In this document: piece by piece, positions 12,669-24,599 of the stretch
Numbering within the stretch: the stretch's first letter is position 1
How the letters are laid out: every line of letters starts with the position of its first letter
NCBI GenBank assembly: GCA_964016885.1
Contig: OZ024741.1
Span: forward strand, 384,400,001 to 384,464,000
From: Eledone cirrhosa
Lineage: Eukaryota
Reading direction: 5' to 3'
DNA: 64,000 bases
Notes under the pieces: generated by a model
Databases searched by the model: none
Seen by the model: only the letters and a program-made list of their open reading frames with translations
Told to the model about the DNA's origin: nothing
Translations under genes and position numbers: made by a program

Positions 12669-14325
12669 AAAGAACTAACATCAGACCAAATCAACATACT
12701 CTCAAAAGGGCTCAAGTTTACACCCACCTCCCAACGGCAAACTACTACGAAATTAAAAACGTTGCAGAATTCTGTAGAAAACTACGACTCAGCGAGGAAC
12801 TATATGATAAGTACAACGAGGACGAATCGTCAGCTAGAAATAGAAGTAGCTACACCCCATCAAAGGTTAAGAATAAAATTCTCGACCATGGTTGCGAACA
12901 CATCACGAATTACCCATATCAACACTCACACAGACAAAAACACAAGCCAAACTTCAGCAAGAAAGTATGGAATGAGCTGAACAGATTAAAGGACGATAAA
13001 ACTATAACAATCAAAGGTGCCGATAAAGGGAGTGTGGTAGTCCTAGTGGAGACGGAATATTATACAACTCAAATGTTCTCCATTTTAGAAGACGAAGCAT
13101 ACTACGAAAACACCCAACACTATAGTCAGCAGAAAATAATGAGAAACCTAAAAACTCTGATAAACTTATACGGAGAAGGACTTACCGACAAGGAATACGA
13201 CTATATCACTGATTTGAAAAGTTAATCCAGTCTTTTTTGCGGTATTCCTAAGATACACAAAAGTGAAAAAATACGTAAGGCATCCTAGGGAGTCACAAAT
13301 ATATTCATCAAGGTTCCTTCACCTAATGACCTCAAATTAAGACCTATAATAGCAGGCGCCGGATGCGAAACCCACTGCCTCAACAACTTTCTAAATATCC
13401 TATTAAAACCGTTCCTTAAACACATTAAAAGTTACATAAGGAACGACCTTCATATACTCAACCTCCTCCCTAAAACAGCTAATAATAAACAAACCCTACT
13501 AGTGTCTTTTGATGTAGTCAACCTATATTCCAATATCCTCTACAACCTAAGAATAGAAGCAAGCCAATTCAGACAAGAAAATTACTCCAATGAACTCCCA
13601 CACCACATCAAAAAGAATTCGTAATAGGAGGGTTCAAATTTATCTTGGAGAATAACTACATCGTATTCAATGACAACTTCTACAGACAGAAATCTGGGTG
13701 ATGGGTACGAAAACGGTCCCCTCTTATGCTAACCTAGTTATGGGGTACCTAGAAATCACCCTCTACCGTAAAGTACTAGAAAGAACTACGGAAACTCCTT
13801 CTACCTGAAATTAGAAAATAACTGGGAGAGATATCTAGATGATTGTTTCATCCTTTGGCATGAAAATATGGAGAGACTTAAAGAATTTAAAGCACTTCTA
13901 AATAGACTTAACACAAACATTCAATTTATGATGGAATACAGCCATCAACAACTTCCTTTCCTCAATATCCTTATTAAGAAAAGTAACAACAAAATAGAAA
14001 CAGACATATACTATAAGCCCATGGACTCCAAGCAATTTCTTGCGTTCAACTCATGCCACCCGAAACACACTAGAATGAATATGCCTTGCAACCTAGCCAA
14101 AAGGATGTATACAATAGTATCTGATAGAAACGTCTGTTACATACGACTACAAGAACTAAAGAATACACTCATCAGCAATAATTGCCTACCACCCATAATT
14201 AACAATGGATTCCAACTTGCCCTAAAACTCAGTATCCAGGAACTTAGACACCTCAAACTAAAGAATGAATCGAAACTGACAACCCTACCATATATCTCCA
14301 CACACAACTTCCTAAATAATGAGGC

Positions 14326-14831
14326 TTTAGCAGAGAGAATTATGTTTAGAGAGTTGTAATGTTGCCACGAGGAACCAGGTTTGGTAGAAAGATATGATAG
14401 GAATATCGACAATGACTTTAGCTCGGTTTTACATTATTTATTAACAGAGGTTGAGCTAGCATGCCAAGAGAAATAAAATAAATCAATTAAGATTACAAGA
14501 GAAAATACGGTCGACTGGCTGAGGCGTTTGGCCAGTAGTAAAATTGTTGTGTCGTTACATATTGTTTGTGCTTAAGGAGCAAAAGAACAAGTGGTGTTTA
14601 CCTTAGCATGGTCAAGCTGCAAGTCTCAGATTTCTCTAATCTTCGCGGGCTATTTCTCCCTCAGAACGCGTAGGGATACATTCTCTTCTCCTGGCGCTGA
14701 TTGGCTGAGCTGAGCCAAATCACGCACAGAGAATGTATGTGAGCCCGCGGAATGTAGGTCACTACATCACCTCCGAGCAGATTTTTAGCCGAAAATCGTT
14801 AACGATGAAGCCAAGGACCCACAAGGTACAG

Positions 14832-14892
<61 letters not shown>

Positions 14893-17287
14893 CTAGACGG
14901 AAGTCGATACAGATTATTGAATCAGCAAGAACAAATGCTGAAAGAGCACATCAGTGAAAAAATAATTGAGCAGAAAGATGCATGCAAGAAAAAAAATGAG
15001 GCGCTACGGGCCGTGTTGAGCCGCTGTCAAATGACTAGCTGTTTTGTAGTTTATACGTGACCACCAAAGGTCTAACAGAAAACAGATAAAGTCTGACATG
15101 GGCGAAGTTGCTGTTCTTGCATTAAATGTTAATGGTAAGTGTTGTACCAGTAGCTGTGGACGTAGCTATTATGGCAGTTTACCAGTGCTGGCAAGAAGAT
15201 GATGGGTAGGCGAGAAAATGTTGGCCTCCCAGATGTATTGCCGAATGTGCTAGGGAGCCAGGAAAAAAATGGCTGGTTGCTTTGAAAAGAAAAAAAGCAA
15301 GTTGAATCTGTAGGTGGGTTGCAGTTCCATAATTCGGGCGAATCCACAGAAGTGGTGGAAATGCTGACAAGTCCAGTTCTATTTGTTGTTTTCCCGGTGA
15401 GTTGGGTAAGATAACAAGATAGAGGTTGTTATGGACGATGAATGTGCAACGAGATGCGAAACTATTTGAGTTCAGTTGCAATTAGCATTCTCGTGTTGCG
15501 GTGCAGGTGAATTAAGCTGCAAGTGTCGATAGCATGTTTTGGTACCTCCAGAAGGTGAAAAGGGATCTCGCAGAATATTACGACGCTTGAAGATCACATA
15601 CCATAGACAACAACATGTTGGTGTGTGTATATATGCAGGCATGTAATACAGCAAAGAGAATGTGTGCGTGCGGTCACATATACAATGATAGAGAGAAATG
15701 AATTTTCATATAATACAGTTTTAAAAAAAATAAATGTCCAAAATAAATGCCTGAAAAAAAAAGGAAGAAAGAAAGAATTGTTTCTTTTCTTTTAACAAAA
15801 AGTTCGCTTCTTTTTCTTTGGGAACGCTCTTACTAGGGATCTAGTAGAGTTGTTGTTGTTGTTAAAGCAAAGTCACAATGAATCTTCTGTAGAGTCGAAG
15901 TCTAGCGTTGAAGAACCCAGAGTCACCAACATGGCAGTCACGTCTGACGCCATAATGGTGAGAAAACTATTGTCTTAATTTCTCGAGTCCTTGTGGTAAC
16001 GAGACAGAAGGTATGGTGGTTGCGTCGGTAAAGTTACAAGTCGTTCCCTGGTGTTGGTTAATAGTTAGCCATGTGTTGCTGCTGATGGCTGGTACGTGGT
16101 GGTAGCCGTTTTGAAATTTCCTCGTGGCGTAAAGTTTTTGAAATACTGCTAATTTTTTTCTAAAAATATTCTAAAGAAAATTTGAATAATAAAAAAAATT
16201 ATTTTCCATGAAAATTATTCGGCAAGAAATCCCAAGATGGCCGATCGAAAAATGTGTCCGTGATGAAGAAGCTGTCATGTGGCACGATGCAGCCAATCAG
16301 ATGGCTGGGGTTGAAGAAGACAAGGTGTACGCGGGAAAACAAAATTTTTGAGTCTCCATTTGTAATTTTAACAGAAGTTTGAAAGCAAAATTCTATATCC
16401 AGAGAAATCCTTTTTTTTTTGTAATTTTTTTGTTTTTAACAAACTATGCTTGCAAGGCAAGTTGTTCTTAATCGGTGGTCACCGTACTCATTTTATCAAC
16501 TAATTGAAATATACCAAACCACCTCAACCGGATAGAAGACATCGCATAATTTTCAATCCAAAAGAGAAATTTTTTGTTAGTCGTCGAAAAAACTCCTTTT
16601 GTGTTGTATTTTTGTGTTCGTCTGTATGCGTGAGTCACTAGTGTTACCATGAAAGTTATGACAGAAATATTGTGCAGGCCACGTGCTTCAACAAATGGAA
16701 TATTATGAATTTTATGGACTTACGCTAAGTGAGTCTAGCTACCCGATTCGAACATTCCAAATGTTAAGCTACTCCACATTGCCGTCAAAACGAATGGCGA
16801 ATTCAAATAGGCTGCGTTTTCATACTTAATCGTCGAAGGTCACCAATTTAGCGGAGAGTTATTGATATTTAGAGAGTTGTAATGTTGCCACGAGGAACCA
16901 GGTTTGGTAGAAAGATATGATATCGACAACGACTTTAGCTTGGTTTTACATTATTTATTAACAGAGGTTGAGCTGGCATGCCAAGAGAAATAAAATAAAT
17001 CAATTAAGATTACAAGAGAAAATACGGTCGACTTGCTGAGGCGTTTGGCCAGGTCCGTAGTAAAATTGTTGTGCCGTTACATATTGTTTGTGCTTACGGA
17101 GCAAAAGAACAAGTGGTGTTTACCTTAGCATGGTCAAGCTGCAGGTCTCAGATTTCTCAAATCTTCGAGGGCTATTTCTCCCTCAGAACGCGAAGGGATA
17201 CATTCTCTTCTCCTGGCGCTGATTGGCTGAGCTGAGCCAAATCACGCACAGAGAATGTATGTGAGCCCGCGGGTGTAGGTCACTACA
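14326..17287 (-). mobile_element. Non-autonomous LTR retroelement (Gypsy-like PBS) with 441-bp LTRs
   Basis: Direct repeats 14326-14766 and 16847-17287; 4-bp TSD AGGC (14322-14325 / 17288-17291); PBS-like TGGTGACC on minus at about 16838-16845; purine tract GGAGGTGA before the 3' LTR; no gag/pol ORF recognised. Confidence 0.85.
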
Positions 17288-18152
17288 AGGCCTTCAACAC
17301 CATCCTCAAGAACATTCCTTTACTAAAAAGAGATCATAGAATGGACCAAATCCTCCAAACACACATCATAAAGATCAAAAGGTAACCGCAGTCACTGAAA
17401 AATAGCCAAACACAGGCCAAAGTTCACTTGACCACAACAACCGAACTAACAGTAAAAAAAATGCGGAAGGACCAACTGTGGTATGTGAGTCAACCTAATA
17501 GAGGGATCGGAGTTCTGTTTCAAACAGGGTCAACGCTTTACGATGAAAAACAATTTCACATATGCATCAGAAAACCTAATATATGTATTAACTTGCTCAG
17601 GCTGCCGTGAGAAGTACATAGGACACTCTAACAACAGTCTTCGTCAGTGTATGACCGTTCATAGATCCCAAATTAGAATACGGGAAGACAGAAAAGTACC
17701 ACTGAGTGAACACATTGACATCTGCGCCTCTAATGAACAACCCAACTTCAGAATTTCCCCCCTCTATAAATTTAAAGATAACACTATCCACAATCAACGT
17801 ATTAGCCAAGATTCATACGTCATCACATAATACGAACCAGTTTAAATGCATCCACCAAAGGGGACACTGCAACATACACCCAACATTGACTCCAATGGAC
17901 AAACTAAGAACGAAAGTATTTCGTACAGAAATACTAAGAAAGAGTAAAAGAGTATATCTAGAAGCAATGACTACTTCAGGTCAATTTTAGGCCACTCTAC
18001 CACTAAGGTCAGTCCCACAGACAGCTTCTACTACTACTAGCAATAATAATAATATTACTACCACACCTCCCCGTCGTCTCCTTCTACCTCTCCTTCTCCT
18101 CCTTCGTCTTCTTTTTTTCCTCCTTTACTATACTCCTATTATTACTACTACA

Positions 18153-18227
18153 CCTTCTTCTTCTTCTTCTTCTTCTTCTTCTTCTTCTTCTTCTTCTTCT
18201 TCTTCTTCTTCTTCTTCTTCTTCTTCT
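18153..18227. repeat. (CTT)n microsatellite
   Basis: About 25 units visible. Confidence 0.95.
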
Positions 18228-18358
18228 GTCAACTGAAACCGGTACACTTTAAAAAAATGTTTTCTGTGATAAAATTCTATTAGCATTTTCTACTGTTTTC
18301 TTATTTTCCTAATAAATAAATAAATATATATGTGTGTGTGTTTGTGTGTGCGTATGTA

Positions 18359-18398
<40 letters not shown>

Positions 18399-19091
18399 AA
18401 TGAATCAAGAGAGTGTTTTTATGTCGTGTACAGAGAACGACCAACAATAGCTGAATAAACACTTTAGAGGCATATGATAGTCTGGTCGATCCAAAAATTC
18501 AAAAATAACATGTATAAATATTTTCTTTTAAATAATTATTCCCTGAAATTAAGCACTAAAATACCCTAGCTTTGTGATCAACCAAAATAGTATTTATATG
18601 TTGCCGATGATATATTATCACTATAAGAATATGAAAATGTATCACTTACATGATCTGAAATAAACTTCATGCGTAAACATACGTTTTTAGAGTCTTAAAA
18701 AAATTGCTCTTACTGTAGAAAAAAATTTCGTCTCCTGCTTTCACGATTTGACTTCTACTGATCTCATGAGACAAAACAACAATGACATCTACATATAGAT
18801 ATATCGTGACGATTAACAATAACATACTAGTACTTGAAGATCTCAACGCATGGAGAGAAACATATAGATACATATATACATAAATACATATATATATATA
18901 CACACATGTATATATAAATGTATATATGTGTGTGTGAATGTGCTGGGGCTTATATGTATGTATGTATATATATATATATATGGGAGTAAATTTTACGGAT
19001 TTACTAGGTTTATGCTACGACAGGCTCAAGATAAGCCAGTATATAGTTACAATGTGCTTATAAAACCAAAATTGAAAGTTCAAGACATTAA

Positions 19092-19197
19092 TCACTGACA
19101 ATTGTTTCTGCCCATATGAATATGCTACCGGCAATAAACTATTTTATTCAATAATTTGCTATTAGTTTAGCATAAACTATAGGAGTCATCAGAGTTA
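19092..19197 (-). ncRNA. Type I hammerhead ribozyme in a non-coding element between (TA)n tracts (about 18982-19463)
   Basis: ACU-CUGAUGA-CU-CCUAUA...UAUGGG-CA-GAAA-CAAUUG-UC-AGU. Palindromic stem III, GUC site; stem I short. Confidence 0.75.
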
Positions 19198-19460
19198 AAT
19201 TAAAATACAAAATGATTAGTAAAATATTCATACAAATCATTCAAGAACAAATAACATGTATCGTTTATCTAATTAAGTCGTAGGTCAAATAGGGTGTCAG
19301 TTGTATTAAAATACTAAATGTTATTTGGACGAGTAGTAACTTTCCAACAGTTTTATCAAAGCAATATTCATAGTTTGTAAAAAGAAGCTATCGAATTTAA
19401 ATTGAAAGATATTTACTGCAGACCTCATGATATATCTGGGAAACATGAAATTATACGGAG

Positions 19461-19523
<63 letters not shown>

Positions 19524-19528
<5 letters not shown>

Positions 19529-19612
19529 TCTATGGACATACTTTATTGTATATTGCTCTGATTATTTAATTAATTAATTCGTCATTGAGCCACATCGTGA
19601 ATGGTTGCCAAA

Positions 19613-19664
<52 letters not shown>

Positions 19665-19700
19665 TAATAATACATTTCAAAACTTTAATCTGTTATTTTA

Positions 19701-19746
<46 letters not shown>

Positions 19747-20341
19747 CTTTGTCTAGTTTGTGAATATGTAAATCTTTATATTTGATAATCTCCCATAAGG
19801 TTGAGATGCAATTTAGGCAATATTAGGCTGCGCTTTCTAGCAACCAGCCCACTCGCCGTAAGGCACCAATCACATTCTTTCTGACTTGACCACTGCCACG
19901 TCACAGTTCTTAGCCATTTTGAATTCGTTTCTGGCGGAGATCATTTAAGAAAAATCTTCGTCGAAGTGAGTTTGTTTCCTGATGATTTCGAAGCTCGTGA
20001 ATTTATCCTTGATCGGATATTTCCGAAAGCGAATGAAACCCCATGGGGTAGAAACGTAATCTTGGTATGTTATACATTTTTTCTTCTAACTTTTATTTTA
20101 TACCTAATTATGTATGGTTGACGATATATTTAATCGATTTCCACGTGCTATTGAAATGCTGGGTAAATATTCTATAGCTGTTGATCGCGAATAGATGGCT
20201 GTCGTTTATTTATCTATTATTTCTTCATGGGTGCCTTTTAATCTTATAGCCTGGTTTAATTGTGTTTTGTGTGGTTGATTATGCTGATTGGGAGAGGAGA
20301 TAGTGTATATATCTTATCAAATGATTCTATAGACATACTTT

Positions 20342-20347
<6 letters not shown>
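19524..20347 (+). mobile_element. Retrozyme-like non-coding unit with terminal direct repeat
   Basis: atgattctat(g/a)gacatactttattgtatat at 19524 and 20321; one internal HHR; (TA)n on both sides. Confidence 0.6.
19974..20055 (+). ncRNA. Type I hammerhead ribozyme
   Basis: GUUUC-CUGAUGA-U-UUCG...CGAA-U-GAAA-CCCC-AU-GGGG-UA-GAAAC. Perfect stem I, palindromic stem III, extended stem II (UAUCC/GGAUA). Confidence 0.9.
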
Positions 20348-20401
<54 letters not shown>

Positions 20402-20439
20402 AGTTGTTACTGAGCATTTATAACTACTATTTATTATTA

Positions 20440-20548
20440 TCCCGCCGAGGTTAACTTTGCCTTTCATCCTTACGGAGTCGATAAAATAAAGTACCAGTAA
20501 TGAACTGGGTAATTGCTGGCCTTGTGCCTAAAGTAGAAACAATTATTA
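20440..20548 (+). mobile_element. SINE, 3' half
   Basis: Same family core. Confidence 0.85.
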
Positions 20549-21116
20549 AATAATAAATAATATTTAACTAGATGTAAAAAGAATATATTAATATAAATAA
20601 ATATTTACGTATTTCAGAATATTATTGTGAAGGTGGTGAACAAGGGAGGTAATTTGAGGGGTTATGCCGGTGTTAAAGTTACAAATTAGTCTTTTAATTT
20701 TGCATTATCTAATATTATTGCTAAGTACATATATTTGAATTAATATGTTTAACATTTACATTTATCTAAAGAATATTTATCTTATATGGAGCAATGAGGT
20801 ATATGTGTGTGAGGTATTTAAGAAAATTAATCAATTATAATGAAATAGTGAAATATAAGTTATTAAAGTCAAACTAAATGGGGAGTTAAAAATGTGTTTA
20901 ATCTTCTGCGATTTCGTTTATTATTTTTATCTTGGCTTATACTTATATTATTATTTTGGTTAATCATGTGTGTAGATATATCAGTGGTTTCAGGTGGTTT
21001 ATATTTAGTGTGAATATTATGTTGGGTTATAGGATTTATGTGGGGATTATAGGATTTAGATATGTGTGTTTATTTTTCTATTCTTATAATATTTTTTTTT
21101 ACTATTATTATCGAAA

Positions 21117-21303
21117 GGCGGTGAATTGGCAGCATCGGTAGAGCGCCGGACGCTCTGATTTGCAGCATAGAGTTACAGGCCTTTACGGTCTGAGTTCAAA
21201 TCCCGCCGAGGCTAAGTTTATCTTTTATCCTTACGGTGTCGATAAAATAAAGTACCAGTAATGCACTGGGATAATTGCTGGCCTTGAGCCCAAAGTAGAA
21301 ACA
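21117..21303 (+). mobile_element. tRNA-derived SINE, full length
   Basis: ggcggtgaattggcagcatcggtag (A box) ... gagttcaaatccc (B box) plus family body. Confidence 0.9.
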
Positions 21304-21484
21304 AATATTATTATTATCTATATTATTGGTGTTTTGTGTTTGTGTATTCTTATCATTTTTATGGTTATAGAGCTTATTATTATCACATTTCAATCCCGAT
21401 TTTCTCCAATAAAGAGAGAGCCAGTTTCAAACATAGAAACAAGACTCTTTCAATGGAATTCAAACAACATCAAGTTGGTAAATA

Positions 21485-22530
21485 TTAGATTGGTGCAAAT
21501 GTAATTACCGATTTTCTTGAAGAAAGTTTTAGATAGTATTTATTAAATGTGTGCCTCTTGTTATCGTTTAGGAATATTACCATGAGTAATTTATACCTTT
21601 TTCTTTCAGATTAATCTTCTTCAATATTCTCATCCATCTTTGTCCCATCTAAAGATCACATTAGACATGTTATAATATATGTGTTTCATAGAGGTGCCAA
21701 TGCAAGTACAGCAGAAAAATCCATTCAGAGCGTTTATGGGGATGATGCAGTGAATTAAAGAAGTTTCAGGAAATGGTTTTCCCGTTTCCGAAGCAAGAAA
21801 TTCAGTTTGAAAGACGACCCTAAATGAAGGTCGTCCAAAACAATTTGATTCCGAAGAGATGGAATCTGTTGTCACAGAAAATCTCACCATTACTTCTAGG
21901 GAACCTGCAGAACAATTTAACGTAGCCCATTCAACCGTACTACGCCAACTGAAAAGGATTGAAAAGTTTCAATGGTTCGGATATGGGTCCTGCACGAACT
22001 GTCCCCAGAGAATCTGCAACAGCGTGTTGCTTATTGTGAGTCATTGGTTTAACGACACCTTCGGGCGCCATTTTTAGGTAGGCTTGTTTACAGGCGATGA
22101 CAAGTAGATCCTTTACCATAACGTTAAGCGTCGCCGATCGTGGATCAGTCGAGAAGGAAGACCAGCTCAACAACCGAGATGTGGACTTCATCAAAAGAAG
22201 ATCATGTTGAATGTATGGTGGGATATTGTAGGAATTATCCATTACGAACTGTTAGACAACAATCAAACAATTACTACTAATCTCTAATGTGATCAACTTT
22301 GTCGTTTGAAGGCTGCTTTGAACTGAAAGCGGCCCTCCTTAGTCAACAGAAAGGGTGTCATCTTCTATCACGATAATGCTCGTCCTTACACAGTTCAACT
22401 GACCAAAGATTTCTTGGAAGAGCTTAGTTAGGAAATATTGCTTCATCCTACATATTCTCCTCACCTTGCTCTTTCTGATTATCACTTGTTTTGGGAATTA
22501 CAGAACCATTTGGATGATCTTAGGCTTTAC
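21485..22530 (+). mobile_element. Degenerate mariner (Mos1-like) DNA transposon; right end missing
   Basis: TA + ttagattggtgcaaatgtaatt left TIR; broken transposase with GRP, TGDDK, KIMLNVWWD, HDNARP, HPTYSPHLALSDYHLF. Confidence 0.85.
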
Positions 22531-22689
22531 TATACATCTGTATATGCAGTTACTACATACTGAATCTCTGAAATGTTTTACACATTTTTCAATTCCATTA
22601 ATAGACTGCACATGCAACTTCCTAGTATGTATGTATGTATGTATGTATGTATGTATGTATGTATGTATGTATGTATGTATGTATGTATG

Positions 22690-23070
22690 TCAAGGCAGAA
22701 TTCTAGGAGAAGGAAAACTCTGATATAACACCTGCAACCCTGATGGTATCCAATGATGTTAACTTGTTCTTCTTTTTGGTAAATATCATCTTGGTTAAGA
22801 GAGTGGGACTGGCTTTGTGCAGTGCCTTTGCTCACTATAAAAGCTTCACGGCACAGGCATTGCTTTGTATCTGGAGATCTCTCTGCACTTGTCGTGACAT
22901 GGTACCATGGGCCCAGCACTATGTGTCAATAATTGTCACAAGTGTAGTGTTTGTACCAGAGTTTTCAAGTCGCTGGCTGGACTAAAATGTCACTCGTTCA
23001 GCGCATCGGTAGGGTTCTCCTACATGGATATAAAGTAGTGGCCATACTCGAAAACGAGTTGGCAGCCACC
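22690..23070 (+). mobile_element. 3' end of an RTE-like LINE with C2H2 finger remnants and (TATG)n tail
   Basis: CSAFAHYKSF, CIWRS, KCSVCTRVFKSLAGLKCH; an inverted copy of the same 3' end lies at 31647-31767. Confidence 0.6.
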
Positions 23071-23119
23071 ATGTATGTATGTATGTATGTATGTATGCAT
23101 GTACGTATGCATGTATGTA

Positions 23120-23975
23120 TGTGTTCTTACAGCCCTGCTATACGGATGCGAAACGTGGACAACTTACAGCCATCATATCAGGCAGTTGGAAAGATTCCAT
23201 CAGCATTGTATATGATACATCCTGAACACCAAGTGGTCCTCTTACACACCTGATGCTGCGGTACTTGAGAAAGCGGGTAGCACCAATATTGAGAGGAGGA
23301 TCATTACGAATCAGATGTGTTGGGCTGATCATGTGGTCAGGATGGAAGATGGAAGGCTACCTAAACAGTTATTTTATGGGGAGCTGACCAGAGAGAAAAG
23401 GCCACAGTATAAACCAAAGAAGCAGTTTAAGGATGTCATAAAAGACCATCTTAAAGCTCTGAAGATTGATATGGAGAACTGGGAGAGACTGGCTCAAGGC
23501 ATACATCATGGAGAAAGATCATCAAATATGGAGTGGAGCATGCTGTTTTGAAGCGTTCACTTCGTAAGCGGGACTCAAGTGCAATGCCTGCAAAACTCCA
23601 ACAGGAATCGAGATGCAACGTATGTGACCGATTTCTTCTATCAAGAGCTGGTTTTGTCAACCGTCTGAAATCACATGAGTCAGGGAGAAATCGAGCCAAC
23701 TGTGAGATGGTTCTACTTCCACACACTCCATGGTACATTTGCAGTGAGTGTGGCTTAATTTACAAGTCAGCGGATGGACTGACCAAACATGGAAAATGCA
23801 TGAAGATACACACCTAGCCGGTTTTTCCAGGAGACAGACAGTTCAAGTGTCACATCTGTGAACGTATCTGCAAAACAAAAGCGGATCTGAAAATTCACCT
23901 GCTTGTATATGATCGTACAATGTTCAATGAAGGGGTGGCATTCTTCTGACAAGAAGTAGCATAACATGTATGTTA
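23120..23975 (+). pseudogene. RTE-clade LINE 3' fragment (RT tail + several C2H2 fingers)
   Basis: YGCETW, WADHVVRMEDGRLPKQLFYGEL, then CNVCDR..., CSECG...H, CHICERICK...H. Confidence 0.8.
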
Positions 23976-24599
23976 TGTCAGGTCGCTCCTGAGTGCTATT
24001 GGTAACATGTAACCGAATACAACCTGTCCATGGTCGGGTCGTCGGTGACTAAACCGGCAACCCAACCAAGTTTGGTGGGGAGGGTGATTGTGGACACCAT
24101 GGAAGATGAAAAACAAAATCTGACAAAGAGAGGACGAACTCAGGAGAGTTAACGGCTAGCCAATACTATGCACATATGTATATATTGTGTGGCTGTGTGA
24201 ATGGATGTATGAGAATGTTTTGTTATTTTTTGCATCTTAATCTTTTACATCTTAATATCTTTTATATTTTAATACTTTACATATATCTTGACCTTTTAAC
24301 CTTATGCAATTTTTACTTTTTAATCTAGGTACAAACACCGGCTAATATTATTTTCGCATTTGAAACAATCAATGTACATGCGCCGGATCATAGAAATATT
24401 TGGGTTGGTGTCCAAGGGTGCTGTAATCCCATTCGGAGTGAGGGACCCCTGGTCGTTGTCGAGACATCCCTCTAGTAGAAGGTAATTTGTAGATAAAATC
24501 CACTGCTCTACTGAGCTGGACATCTTTCAATTTGCTTGTCTCTGGGCTTCTTGGTATTGTTAGTGAGAGTCGTTGTGGTGTTGTGCAAGCCACATTTGA

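Larger units (their letters stand above)
10981..17830 (+). mobile_element. Degenerate Penelope-like element (RT + GIY-YIG), interrupted by a LINE and an LTR element
   Basis: VINL...LTSDQINILSKGLKFTPT spans the LINE insertion. RT motifs LRPII, FDVVNLYSNI, YANLVMG, RYLDD, TDIYYKP at 13330-14100. Endonuclease LIYVLTCSGCREKYIG at 17570-17830. Confidence 0.85.

Noticed and set aside
23977-24160. Possible HDV-like ribozyme in a LINE 5' UTR-like segment
   Set aside because: Could not build the nested double pseudoknot by hand; needs a descriptor search.
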